64,000 nt of DNA from Podarcis erhardii (Eukaryota). The notes under the pieces are model-generated. The model saw nothing but the letters and a program-made list of their open reading frames with translations, ran no database searches and had not been told where the DNA came from. The stretch lies in NCBI GenBank assembly GCA_964252035.1, contig OZ176205.1; one strand, written 5' to 3'. Made by a program: the position numbers and the translations under genes. Each line of letters opens with the position of its first letter. The stretch's first letter is position 1. This document shows positions 48,357 to 61,434 of this stretch, one piece after another.

Positions 48357-51300
48357 TATTCTCACTTTACACTGAGTGAGCAAGGTAAGTCAGATAAATG
48401 AGATCACCTAGCAAAAGAAGGTTGTATTCAGTGCAGTGCTATGCGAACTTTACGTCAGTGGAAGGATTTCTGCTTGCACAGTGGACCTCTTCCACTGGTA
48501 CAACCTCTAAAGCTGTTCTAGGGGTTTTCCCAACCCTCTGGAGCAGATTGGTAAAAGGTATAGTGGGAGGAGAGCGGGGAAGTCCCATTGCACAAGCAGA
48601 AATTATTGTTATCATGGGATATGGTAGTTGCATACTACCCAAAGACACTTACAACGATACCCTTTTCACACTTTAGATTAGATCAGATTTATTTCTGGTT
48701 CCAGAACCAGCCTTTACAACCTCCTTCAAGTGTGTTTATTCCGCCAACCAAAAAATACTACTACTTCTTTTTTGCATATACATGTAAATCTGTGCAATGC
48801 TTGTCCATCTATGCTGACTGTATAGCACACGTCCCTTCTATTCCCCTGATATTGGAAGCATGTGTCTACATGGTTTTCCTCTGAATGCAGTTGCTGTATG
48901 TTTACTATACTTTATAAAACCTGACTTAGTGTCACATTGATGCAATATCCGCTTCTCCCCCCCCCCCACCTTTGCTTTTCTCTTCCAGCTTAAAGGGGAT
49001 GGGAGAACAACTGGTATCTTAGAAAAAACAGAGTTAATTTCATGTGCTGTTTTTATGTTTTTAAAAAACCAAGAAGCTGATAACTGAAGCACCCAAGCTA
49101 TTCCTTTCCGGTGTTCAGCATGTTCTGAATAATGGAGCATGACTCTGAGCATCATCCCATATTCTCAGGACTTGAGTAAATGAACTTACTGTTGTACATG
49201 TTGAAAGTTGACTTTGTTTCTCGTAAGGTGATACTCAGTTTTATCTCTGCTTGTGATTTACGGAGAGTAGCTCATTGCCAGAGTTCATTAAGTCCCAAGC
49301 GGTAGATGAGAGCAATGGCAAAGAATATTTGGCCCCACTGAACAGAACCAATCCATTCAAAACTCTCTGGTTCCTTAAAATCTCCCCAGCTTGAGGGATC
49401 GACACATCTCAGCCCCAGAAAGAAGCATGTATAGCTGAAACTGGGAGTAAATTATCTTTTCTATGCCATTCTGATCTTCCGCAAACCAGCAAATGCTTTA
49501 AGGCTCACAGGTGATACTTTTCTTGTTCTGCCTCAATAGCTATTCTGGGGGGGGGGGGAATGGGGTACAGTTGCTCCCCCTCTCAATTCACTTTGCTGTC
49601 TGCAACACATGCTGTAGCATATACCCGTTGTTTGGCTTGACCCCTTCTGAACTTTTGTATCTTGGCACTGGAAATGCACTTGGTCTTTGGCAGAATGCTG
49701 TCAAAAGTAGAGGGGGGACTCTTTTGTTAACACAGTGCCAAATCCTGCTTCAACATGGAACAGTTTGTTCTGCTAAAAGAATGAGCCAGTTCAGTGAGCA
49801 GAACAACTCAGAGCTGCAAACCAGCATATTCAGAAAACTGAAAAAGTGTTCGGCTATAACGAAGTTGCTTTGAAACCAAGCTCTTAAGAAAAAGAGGGGA
49901 AAATAATTGATATTTTCTAAGGGGACAGTTCTCCCCCACCCCCATAGTCATTTCAGCTAACCGTAGCATGAAATACATCAGAAATAAGTTGTGCATGCAT
50001 TCAGAATAAGAGCGGGCTCTTTTGTTACTCCCCATCTCAACATTTTGCAGAAAGCATTCAAACTTTTCTAACTTGGGTATACCAGACCTTCTGTTTCAAA
50101 CCTCTGTGGTCTGATATATACAAAGCGCGTGCAGTTAATGAATGCCCACTAATAATTGGTATGTGTAATTTGCATTTAAAATGTGACTAATTTCCATGAA
50201 TGTGGCGGATGCTAGGATCTGGCAATGAATGCGCCCGTTGCCTCATGTGAAATTTCTGGCATGGAGACTGCAAATTAAAAGATCTTAAGCTGGCTATGAA
50301 GTTCTAGCCCAGAATTCTTTCTTCTGAACTCACTAAGCTTCTTGTGCACCTCCACAGAAGGAATTAGTTTTAATGCTGCTATCAAGATTGTCCTCTCATT
50401 TGATCAGTGTTATAAAAGCCTGCCGCTACCTGAGTCACCTGGATTTTTGTTATTGCTTATCTTCAATGTTCTGAAACTTGAAACTGATTGTGAGCAAAAA
50501 AAAAAGTATCAGCAGATTTTTTTTAAGGGAGGGTGGGTGGGAGGCAGCAATAAGAGATGCAGAGCACTTGTTCAGAGAGTTTGTTAACCTAAGCTTTGTA
50601 ACCCTGTTCCTGGTTGTAGTTTGGAAGGGCGAATTACTGAATCAAATGCCAATAGCAAAAGGTATAGAAAAAGGTATAGTGGTGAAGTTTTGAGATAAAT
50701 GTTGGGTGGGGGGGAAGAATGTTGGGTCTACCCACAATTCCCGAGAGCCTCTGCATTAAAACAGTACTTAATTAAAACAGTACTTGTTCTAAGCCTGAAG
50801 TTGTGTCAGAGTTACCTTTTAGAAACCGCAGGAGGAAAGAGTGCTCTAGCACTCAGGTCCTGCTTGCATAGGCACCTGATTGGCCGGTGAGAACAGGATG
50901 CTGGACCACTGCACCAGTTGCATCCTCCCAACCAACCTCAAGGATAGTCCTACAGAGAGATGCAAATACAGATCTATGCAAATGGAAGAAAACTGAAATA
51001 TAGCAGGAAATTTGCTACTTTCATATTGTGCTCTACAAATAATTGATTTAACAAGAGCAAATAGAGGCAAGCAGCTCCTAAATTTTTATGCTGCATGGCC
51101 CAGTTGGACAAAACGCATCTCTCAACAGTTTGATCCAGATTAAAAAAATAAACAAATCTCCGTTCTGCCCTGGTTTGGGAAATGAATGTGATCATTCACT
51201 CAACTGGTCTTTCTGTGCGTTTTGAAAGCCAGGCAACCTCTACAAAGCACAATTGAAGGATGGGCACAATAGAGCCATTCTTGATACTGATGCAAACTGC

Positions 51301-51370
51301 GTGGGGCTGTTTTACAGATTAAAATGGCAGCAGTTCCAGTGTTTACATTTTGATAGTACTATGCAAACAT

Positions 51371-51372
51371 TT

Positions 51373-51426
<54 letters not shown>
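51371..51426. repeat. (TTTC)n microsatellite
   Basis: Direct reading. Confidence 0.95.
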
Positions 51427-51429
<3 letters not shown>

Positions 51430-53169
51430 TTAGTGGGTGATTTGTTTGTTTGGGGTGAGCCCCCTGATTTTAACATTACTAACATAGCAGCCAAATGCTA
51501 AGGGTTCTCACCATATTTTTCAGTAATCCTTAAAAAAGCAAAGATATGCTGATATTACTGCCCCCATTTCACAGAGAGAAGGCTGAGGGAGGCTAAGGGT
51601 ACCATGAGTTCTTAGTAGAGCTGAGAGGAATTGCCTGCACACAGCAATTAAATGCATCTTTTGTTTTGTTTTTTAATCTGATCTGCTTCTGAGCCACTTT
51701 GTCCATTTCAACCTGTAATTCAGGTTCCGAGATGTTCTTTATGAACTGAAGGTTCATAACTTTATGAACTGTGTTCCGCACGGGGAATCTAAAAATTGCA
51801 GTTCAGTTAGGCTTGCCACTTGATTGCTTATTCCCCCTGCTTCTCTCCTGATGTAGTTTCTCGGTTCTTCAGACTGGAAGCCCTTAGCTCTCTGAAAGCA
51901 GATAAAATGTTTGAACAAGGAAGGAGCTACCTCCATATTGTCCAAGCTTGTATTGTGATGTCAGGCCTTAGTTTACTCGTCAACATTATTTTTCAATTTA
52001 GTTTTTGGCCTGAAACAACATTAAGATTTCAGCCCTTCATCACTTGATCACCCTGGCAACATGTTCAGTTGGTAGATCAAGGGATAATTAAGCTGAATGG
52101 TGGAACTACTGCGCAACACTTTGGCAAGAGCTGGTTACCAATGCAAGGGAAATGCTCTTGCCTTACTTACTAGAAGCATCCTCAGATGTCTGGATGTAAG
52201 TGTGCAAAGCTGCATCTCTTGCCTACGATTGGTCTCCCCTTCAGAGTACTTAACATTTGAGGACCAGAGCAAATCTTCAGGCATTGCAGAAATATTGCAA
52301 TGAATAAGGACGCAGAAGCGGTCTCTTATTTAAAAGATTCAAGTCTTTGAAAGTGGCGCAGTCTGTGTAGAATTTCTGCAGTCTCCGTATTCTTAAAAAC
52401 AAGAAAATGGATGAAGAAGCTTTGTGAAATGCAGTTGGATAAAAATCTGTTACCAATCTTCCCTCTGCAAAGCACAGTTTCAGAGGATTATTGGACGTGT
52501 TCTAGTATACTCAGTTTATATGGGTTGGCTCCAGGTAAACTGGAAGCTTCTCCTGAAGTGCACCCCAAATCTTTTTTGTAATACAAAGATTCATGAGCAG
52601 ATAAATCAATGTGGAAATGGTTCTCTGCTGTTCATGGTTCTCTGTATTAGCAGACAGTGATCCAACCAGCTCGGAGACATGTTTATCAATGCTGTGATCT
52701 AAAGATGCCTGTGTGCCAAGTTTGCATGTGCACCAGGCCTTTCCACTTTCAAACCTGGGTGCAGGTGATAGGAAATGTCTGAGAACATTCCATGTCTTAG
52801 GGCTGCAGTTTGAAGCCTCAACCCGACCTCTTAAATTATGCCATTTCCCCACTTAATCTAGTTGTGCTGCTGTGTTTATCTTTGTTCTAGTCTGTGAATT
52901 TTGTTGGGGATTTTTGTGTAGGTTTTTTTAAATGTTATCATAAGTTGCCTTGGGGGTTTTTTTAATGACATGAAAACAAATACCTACAGCATTCATGTCA
53001 AAGTTATGGCTCATTTAGTGTCCCTTTAATTGGATGTTGTTTGAAAGCAGCACTTCATCATAGTTTGTTTTTAAAAATTAAGGTTACAAGGAATTTCTCA
53101 GCCCACATGCCTGCCTATATTTGTGTCTGTGGGTGTGTGCTACAGCTAATGTAATTATAACTTTAACCG

Positions 53170-53420
53170 GCTTAATACTGATAATTTATTTGATTTTATT
53201 TATTTAGATTTATTTATTTGATTTTATTTATTAGATTTATATTTATTAGATTTATATATTAGATTAGATTTATTAGATTTATATACCTTCATCATAAGAT
53301 CTCAGGGTGGTTCACAAGATAAGGATACAAGGTAAAAGCACAAGTAAATAGTTAAAAGAAAAACAACAAAATAATAAACCCCCTCCCACAAATGCATTTA
53401 AAAGGCTGCAGAATGTGGCT
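53170..53420 (-). mobile_element. AT-rich tandem tail plus L2-like 3' UTR remnant
   Basis: Repeated ttattagattt units followed by ataccttc...ctcagggtggttcaca. Confidence 0.45.
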
Positions 53421-54780
53421 TCTTTACCACCTCATGGGAGGGCACAATGCTGACCCACTCATACACAGTCTATATTTGGACGGGCCTTCCATATGGTCCC
53501 AGCAGAAATAAACTTTTCACAAGATATGGGTCCAGCTGCTTATGGGTGCTGCAGGGAATCTGCCTTTGCCATCTGTGCCAGTTGCTACTAGCATGGCAAT
53601 GAGTGTGCTGAGCAAGCTGTCACCAAAAGCTACCTGTGGATGCTGTTGGCACTGTAGACCCTTAGCCTCTAGGGTTATTTAGTACACACACATCCGTATT
53701 CAGAGGTCAGAGGACTTGATCACTCATGTCTTAACTTCTCTTTTCTTAATATTCTCCCACCTTAGTTGTGTAGGTAAACTGGTACTGAAAGCTCATTAGA
53801 AGGAAAACCTTATTGAGTATTCAGTGATCTTAAGAATCTACGCTCAAACATGGCACATGTTCAGTTTTGGTTGCTAAGCAAGCCTTGGGTGAAGATCACA
53901 CTTTTAATCTTCTAAATGTAGACTTTGGCATTGACCAGACTGAATGTTTTGCATTAACAACCCTGCCTTTATTAATTATATGAAAACAAGCCATTTACAT
54001 GCCAGCCGAAAGGGACTGGGGCACTCTTACCTAGCGGTACTTATTTAAAACTTAATTACATTAATGTATAGATAACTTACACTTACCCAGAGTTGTGCTT
54101 TCCTTAATAAGTGTTCAAGGGCATCAAAATAACTTGGGTAGCATCAGCTGTAAGCAGCCATGAGCTCTGTAGGGATGGTACATCTTAGAGGACCTCTAAT
54201 ATTGTTTTTTAAAAGATCTTATGGTACTTTACTTATACCCTCCCCCTTTCAACTTAGCTGTCTCAAAGTGTAACAGTTAGTAGGTGTGATGTTAAGCGGG
54301 TTTTAAAAAAATGAAATTTCAACCTTCCTAGAATATAAATAAAATCAATGGCTAACACCATCTGAACATAACTGCTGCTGTTAAATAAGATTATTTTAGT
54401 GAGATTAGAATTTGGGACTAAAAGGGGCTGAAACTACCTGACTCCAATGCCTATATAAAAGTACAAACAACAGCATTAAAAATAAACTTTCTTTAAAACA
54501 AGGTAAAAATTGGAGGGGGGGGACTAGGTAAGGTAGAGGTAAAGGACCCCTGGATGATTAAGTTTAGTGAACAATTAGTGAAATTGCCAAACTTAAAAAT
54601 AAAATAAGAAACTTTTGAAATATCCCTGAGCAACTGTGATGCTTTTACTGTAGGAAAACAATGTGTAATATAAATCGGCACTGGTTAAAGCAGTTTTAAG
54701 TTGTTTACTTTGGAGAAGAGGTCATAGGAAATGGGTACAGCATTTTTACATGTGAAAGGTCCCAGATTCCTCCCTACTGT

Positions 54781-55042
54781 GGAGGGTAGGGCCCAAACCA
54801 ATGGATTTAAGATACAAGAAATGAGATTCTGAATAAACATCAGAAAGAACTTGCTGAATGTAAGAGCTGTTCAACAGTGGAATAGACTCCCTTGGAAGGT
54901 ACTGGACTCTCCTCCCTTGGATGTTTTCAAGCAGAGGTTGAATGGCCATCTGTCATGGATGCTTTGGTGAAGATTCCTGCATTGTGGGGGGTTGGACTAG
55001 ATGACCCTTGGGGTCCCTTCCAACTCTACAGTTCTATGATTC
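54781..55042 (+). mobile_element. CR1 LINE 3' fragment (older subfamily)
   Basis: agaaagaacttgctgaatgtaagagctgttcaacagtggaat...gggttggactagatgacc...ccttccaactctacagttctatgattc. Confidence 0.87.
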
Positions 55043-55084
55043 AACCCTTGGGACCTCCAGTTAAAAGGATCATAGCTTGCAAGT

Positions 55085-55508
55085 GATGATGAGGAGCTGT
55101 CTCCCCGATACACTGAGGAGCTGTTGTCAGACAAGACAGTGCTGGAACATATGGGCCAGAGAGGTTAGGCTGGCCTCAACTAGAGCCAGGGCTTTCTCGG
55201 CCGCGGCTCCAATCTGGTGGAACGCTCTGTCACAAGAGACTAGGGTCCTGCGGGACCTGACATCTTTCTGCAGGGCCTGTAAGACAGAGCTGTTCCACCA
55301 GGCCTTTGGTCAGGGCGCAGCCTGACCCCCTCCTCTGGCAATCTGCACAGAATTTTGCTTAATGGTTGCCATCAATTTGATTTTAATTAATTTTTATAAT
55401 GAAAGGTTTTAGAATGTTGGGTTATTTTGATTGTTGTTAGCCGCCCTGAGCCCAGGTTCGGCAGGGGAGGGCGGGGTATAAATAAAATTTTTTATTATTA
55501 TTATTATA
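55085..55508 (+). mobile_element. L2 LINE 3' fragment
   Basis: ORF 55077-55325 RAFSAAAPIWWNALSQETR...FCRACKTELF, then the 3' UTR gttagccgccctgagccc and a (TAT)n tail. Confidence 0.85.
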
Positions 55509-56602
55509 TGGTGGTCTTGGCTCATTGTATGACAGCGTCACGCACTCGTGCTTAAATGAACAAATTCTGAAAATTTAGAAATTGGACCTAACCTGTTGTG
55601 ATGTGGAATAAGAAGTGTTGCTCCTGAGCTTGGCTCTTTTGCAACTTGTAAATACACGAGCCCCGTTTGCTTAGTAATCTAAAACATCCTGTGGTCTGCT
55701 CAGTACGCAACTCAAGTTGCAGATGCAAGTGTGCACCAGCCTTCTGCATAGTGCTTATATAACTGTTCTAGGGGGAAAAGAAATGTACAAACAGTCCCTT
55801 CGATTACATTTTGTCTGGTGTGCTGTCACTGTGCTTAAACTCCAGCTAACTTTACATGAGCGGGCCGAGCAAATATTAACTTTTTCCTCTGGGAATAAGG
55901 TCAGGCTGCCACAGTATTCCAGATCTGCCCTTTTTAGTGGTTCAGCCAAATCAAAACAGCTTTCCCTGCGGTTGTTCTGTAAATGACACACTCATCACTG
56001 CTTTTCATTTTGGAGATCCAGCCTTCATGGGGCGCTAAAGAACTTAAGGAATATTTAGTCAATCGGTAACTCTGGTTTAGCAAACCAGAATGTTATTTAA
56101 CTCCTCTTTCTTTCTTTCTTTGCACCGTGGGGCTCTCTTAAACCTTGCCACATGGTTGCCACTTTACAACCCATACAGGGAAGACCCCTGTGCACATCAC
56201 AGGGTTATTTAAATTGGGGGGTTCAGTCCCTTGCAATTCCAGTGAAAAAGAACCAAGTGGTAAGGGACACTGTCTGGGATCTTGGAAAACATTCCAAGTA
56301 GATAGTAGTGGGTCAGTTTCTGCACAAGGTAGATCTGTGTTTTTGTATATTTATCCCAACCACCAGAGTAATGGACCCTTTCAAAGTTGGAGTGATGTCT
56401 GAATTCCCGCACAGCTTGTTTGTGTGAAAGTGCCATAAGGGTTTGCTCTTTGCAAAGGTGCCTCTACCCACCACAAGGAGCATGGCTGATTGTCTTGCAG
56501 GAGGCGATGTTTGGGAGAAATCTGGGGTGTATCCATTTTGCATCACCAAAAGTGATCCTCTTAAGGGTATAGAAACTGCATTATGTCCTCCTGTTCTGAA
56601 TA

Positions 56603-56670
56603 CAGTCGAACCTCCATTTATGTAACCCTCTGGTTACGTAAACTTCGGGATGCGCGTGGGGCAAACCCCT
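56603..56670. mobile_element. truncated pogo/Tigger-type MITE
   Basis: TA followed by CAGTCGAACCTC terminus. No second TIR was found. Confidence 0.45.
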
Positions 56671-57608
56671 CTTTAGTTATTCCTATATCCAGTGCAGTTT
56701 AATTATGTTCATGTGCAAACCTGTATGAAAAAGCGGTTAGGGAAACTTGCATAGAGAAGCCCTTTTTCTAATTTTCAGCTTCCATATGTTGACTTTGCTC
56801 AGCTGTCAACATCTCCCCCCACCCTCCATGTACTTATCCCCTCTAGTGTAAATTAGTTGTGGATTTTCTCTTTCACCCTCATAGGCATAAGATTCTATAA
56901 GTTTGCTTCTGCTAATGTTTGTGCGAGAAACCTGTAGCTTATCACCTAATTTGTCCTGCTTCGTTGAGTAATGTGTCAGACATGTATCAACAAAACAAGA
57001 CATGTGTCAGACATGTATCAACAAAACAAGAAGTGTTTTCCTCCTTTTAAAATAAAGGTGTCTTTGTGACCTGCATTTGCTACAAAAACCGGCACGTATA
57101 ATCTCTGCAACACCAGTTTCTGGAATTGTTTTTGGTTCCAGCATTGATGGTTCCTGCTTGCACACTTGGCTGGCCAGTCTTATAGTGATTTTTCATACAT
57201 CTAATGCAATTCATTAGATGAATCGCACCCCATGGATGATATCCAATATTAGTCAAACTCAGAGTAGACCTACTGAAAATCAAACTTTGACTAGTATTCC
57301 ATCTTTTATTTAGATTTAAAAACTGCATTGTACTTTAGTGAAAACAGATATAGTCATCATTACCTGGAGGGGTGGATAGAGGAGAATCAAAATTAGAAAA
57401 CCTCCATGACAGCTTTAATTTGGGTCACTTTAAATCTTTCCTATATTATAGGTTGTGTTTTCTCCAAAATATCAGCTATGCCATGATGTGTGGCCATCAT
57501 ATCTCTCTCTCCTTAACTCTATAAAGAAAACTGCTTTCAGTTTCTCAGTTGAACAACAGAAATACTGTTTCTTAGTTAACTATCTTCTGATGTATATGCA
57601 ACACAGTA

Positions 57609-57850
57609 CAGTGGTGCCTTGGGTTAAGTACTTAATTCGTTCTGGAGGTCCGTACTTAACCTGAAACTGTTCTTAACCTGAAGCACCACTTTAGCTAATG
57701 GGGCCTCCTGCTGCTGCCACGCCGCCAGAGCACGTTTTCTGTTCTCATCCTGAAGCAAAGTTCTTAACCTGAAGCACTATTTCTGGGTTAGTGGAGTCTG
57801 TAACCTGAAGTGTATATAACCTCAAGAGTATGTAACCCGAGGTACCACTG
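57609..57850. mobile_element. pogo/Tigger-type MITE, family A
   Basis: CAGTGGT(G/A)CC TIRs with TA TSD. Confidence 0.92.
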
Positions 57851-57942
57851 TATATAACTGAGTAATAAACAGCCTGCAGTTGTGCTGGTGAAAATGTTTA
57901 GCATAATATTTTGCTGACATGCTATTCTTTTTGTTTCCTCAG

Positions 57943-58089
57943 ATTCAATGGCCGACTTAAATGGTTGTCAAGACTCCTGACACACACATTTTTCTGGGCA
58001 TCATGGATTTTCAGGAATATAGCCTGCAAAGCAGTCTCAAAAAGTAGCACCTGCCCTCTAATCTTTTATTATCTTCACTGATTGTAAAA
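57943..58089 (+). other. ZHX3: 5' UTR portion of the ZHX3 main exon
   Basis: Polypyrimidine tract ttctttttgtttcctcag acceptor ending at 57942, 147 nt before the strong-context ATG (aaaATGG). Confidence 0.75.
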
Positions 58090-60886
58090 ATGGCCAGCAA
58101 AAGGAAATCCACAACGCCTTGCATGATACCACCAAAAACACTGGCACTGCAGGAGTCGCAACCAGACTCTGTTGGAGTTGATCGTGAAGGATCTCAACAG
58201 TCTGTTACTGCTGCAACTCTGCCTGTTAGTGACACTGTTGTTCACAATAATCACAAAAATGGGCTGTTGTCCAATGGACATAGTGGTATCTTAGATGGTG
58301 ATACTTACAGATGTATGTATTGCAATTTTGGCTCTCGAGACATTAATCAGTTCCTTGGTCACCTTGATTCTGAGCACATAGACTTTAGCAAAGGCCCGTC
58401 CTTTGTGTGTGTGCAGTGCAGTTTCCTGGTCAAGAGTCACAAAGAACTTTCTTGCCACAACGCAGAGTGCCACATTGGGGAAACTGGCTTAATCTGGAAT
58501 GTCGTCAAACAAGGCAAGCACGTGATTGTGGAGCAAACCATTGGAGATGCCAGCAGCAGCCAGGACCTTCTGGGGGACCTCCCTGAGGAAGGTCAAGACA
58601 GCCAAGCTGAAATTATCATTACCAAAACACCCATTATGAAGATAATGAAAACGAAACCAGAAGTGAAAAAAATCCACACGCTGAAAGAAAACGTATCTAG
58701 TAAACCAGTCAAGGATCTAGAGAAAAAAGTTGGCGAGCAGCCATTCACCAATGGACCGGTGCCAGTGAACCAATCATCAACAGGAACAGTTAAACCAACA
58801 CATGTTGTCAATGGCTCAATAATAGGAAATGTACCTGTTTTGCAGGCAGGCCTCACTCAATTTGTGCAGCTGCAGCAGCAGCAGCAACAACAACAGCAGC
58901 AGCAGCAGCAACAACAACAACTTCACCAGCAGCTACCCACTTCAAAATCCCTTCCCAAGGTAATGATTCCCCTGAGCAGTATCCCGACATACAATGCAAC
59001 AATGGACTCTAATAGCTTTCTGAAAAACTCTTTCCATAAGTTCCCTTACCCTACCAAAGCTGAGCTTTGCTATTTGACTGTTGTGACCAAGTACCCAGAA
59101 GAACAGCTGAAGATTTGGTTTACTGCCCAGAGGTTGAAGCAGGGTATTAGTTGGTCACCGGAGGAGATAGAAGATGCACGGAAGAAAATGTTTAACACTG
59201 TGATTCAGTCCATACCCCAGTCCACCATTACAGTGTTAAATACACCCCTAGTTGCAAGCCCCAGTAGTGTTCAGCATCTCATTCAGGCCAGTTTACCTGG
59301 CCATTCTGTTGGGAAACCCGAAGGAGCAGGTGGTGTATTGGTTACGCAACCAATAATATCAAATGGACTTCAAGGGACAACCTCATCTCTTGCAATAGCA
59401 GTCACATCTATTCCAAAGACTCAGATAGCAAAGCCGCCTGCCACTGTGTCAGTTTCTAGCACTTCGTCCCCTGTGAAAGTGGTGAGTGCTGCTCCATCAC
59501 AGCTCACTGCTTGCCCAACTATAACTTCACAGGCCTTCTTAGATCCCAGTATATACAAAAATAAGAAGTCTTATGAGCAGCTCTCTGCATTGAAAGACAG
59601 CTTCTGTAGGAACCAGTTTCCTGGACATGCTGAAGTGGAGCGGCTTACAAAAATCACAGGCCTTAGTACAAGGGAAGTTCGAAAATGGTTTAGCGATAGG
59701 AGGTACCATTGCAGGAACATCAGAGGTGGCAAAGGTATACATGCTGGAGATAATACAATAATAATAGATTCTGTGCCTGAAATTACCTTCACCTCTTCTC
59801 CCAAAGCAACCCCAGAATTAACTTCCACGTTGGCAGCAACACCTGCTGTTCACACCCCAGTCCGTCGGCAATCCTGGCATCAGACACCCGATTTCTCTGC
59901 TACAAAATATAAAGAGAGGGCTCCTGAGCAGCTCAGAGCATTGGAAAGCAGCTTTGCACAAAATCCCTCTCCTCCAGAGGAGGAAGTGGACCGTTTGAGG
60001 AGCGAAACCAAAATGACGAGGAGAGAGATTGACAGCTGGTTCTCGGAGCGGAGAAAACGGCAGGTGATCAAAGACGCAGAGCGGCAGAGGGAGGATGATG
60101 CCGAAGACGACTCAGGGGAAGACGAGGGCTCCTCGGACGACTTGAAAGCTTCCAGTGAAAATGGGTCATTGGATGCAGCCACCAGCTCTCAAACGCCAGG
60201 AGAGCGCAAAGTAACCCCTATAAAAATCAACCTTAAGAACTTTAAGGTGACTGAGTCAAATGGCAAAAGTGAGGTGCTAGGCTTCAGTGAAGATGTCCAA
60301 AGAGAGAACCCCCGGAAGCCCAAGCTAAGTTCTAAAAAGACTGCTCAGCAGAGACATTTGCTCAAGCAGCTCTTTGTGCAGACCCAGCGGCCGACAAATG
60401 AACAATATGACCAAATATGTTCTCATACAGGACTTCCCAGGACTGAGGTGATTCGTTGGTTTGGAGATAGTCGCTATGGTTTAAAAAATGGAAATTTGAG
60501 GTGGTATGAGAACTACAAGCACGGTATCTTTCCTAAAGATCTATCGACCTCCAGTGAGGCCAGCAGGGTAGTCCTGCAGGACTATTTCCAAAAGAACAAG
60601 GTGCTTTGTGAAGATGACCTCCCAGGTCTGTGTGAGAGAACTCAGATGACTACTCAACAGATCAGGCTGTGGTTTGCCGAAAGGCTAGATGAAGAAAACA
60701 GGGGAGTGTCAGACACAGGAAGTGAAGATCAGTCCTCAAGTGTTGGTGAGCCAGCCGGCAGTCAAAAAGGGACAGTCGACGCCTTTTCTGAGGTTTCTGA
60801 GAACAGTGAATCTTGGGAGCCTGGAGGTCAAGATGGCAGCTCTGAGCTTGGAGATCCGGAGAGTCATCTGCCTGCCGTTCACGTTG
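58090..60886 (+). CDS. ZHX3: zinc fingers and homeoboxes protein 3, main coding exon
   Basis: Starts MASKRKSTTPCMIP, has two C2H2 fingers (CMYC...HLDSEH; CVQC...HNAECH) and repeated homeodomains (KFPYPTKAELCYL...WFTAQRLKQG; WFSDRR; WFSERR; WFGDSR; WFAER). The sequence is ZHX3-like throughout. Donor G|GTAAGT at 60886/60887. Confidence 0.97.
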
Positions 60887-61125
60887 GTAAGTGATTTCAT
60901 CTTAACTGTTTCTGCTAACTTGGCCCTTCACATTTCAGCATTAAAAAGTGGTTTAAACAAACAAGTGTTGATGATTAGATGAAACTTCAGTAGGAAATCA
61001 CTTCCCTCCCCCTTTTTAGAGGGGGTTAAAGATTTCACAGAAATGGAGGGCTGAGAGAGATTTTTTTGGGGGGGAATGATGGCACATCAATGTTCTGGAA
61101 GGGAATTTCAGTCATAATGTGCAGC

Positions 61126-61425
61126 AAGGGCCATTGTTCAGTGGTAGAGCATCTGCTCTGCATGCAGATGAGGTCTCTGATTCACTCCCCGGCATCTCCA
61201 AGGCATCTGAAACCCCGGAGAGCCACTGGCAGCAGTTCTCAACCTGTGGGTCCCCAGATGTTGTTGGATTACAACTCCCATCATCCCTGAGCTCTGGCCT
61301 TGCTAGCTAGGGGTGATGGGAATTGTAGTTCAACAACATCTGGGGACCCACAGGTTGAGAAAGGCTGGTTAGACAGTACTGAACTATGCAAGCAATGGTC
61401 TGGATAGGGCAGATTCCTATGTTCC
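61126..61425 (+). mobile_element. tRNA-Ala SINE (Squam2-like) with inserted hAT MITE at 61230-61367
   Basis: Head agggccattgttcagtggtagagcatctgctctgcatgcag. The hairpin MITE lacks a recognisable TSD. Confidence 0.8.
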
Positions 61426-61434
61426 GAAAGGGCA

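Noticed and set aside
60887-60894. ORF-track C-terminus GK* as the true ZHX3 end
   Set aside because: It overlaps a consensus GTAAGT donor, and a matching acceptor at 62090 gives a short terminal exon.
58075-60982. Short antisense and alternative-frame ORFs inside the ZHX3 exon
   Set aside because: Shadows of the real CDS with no independent support.
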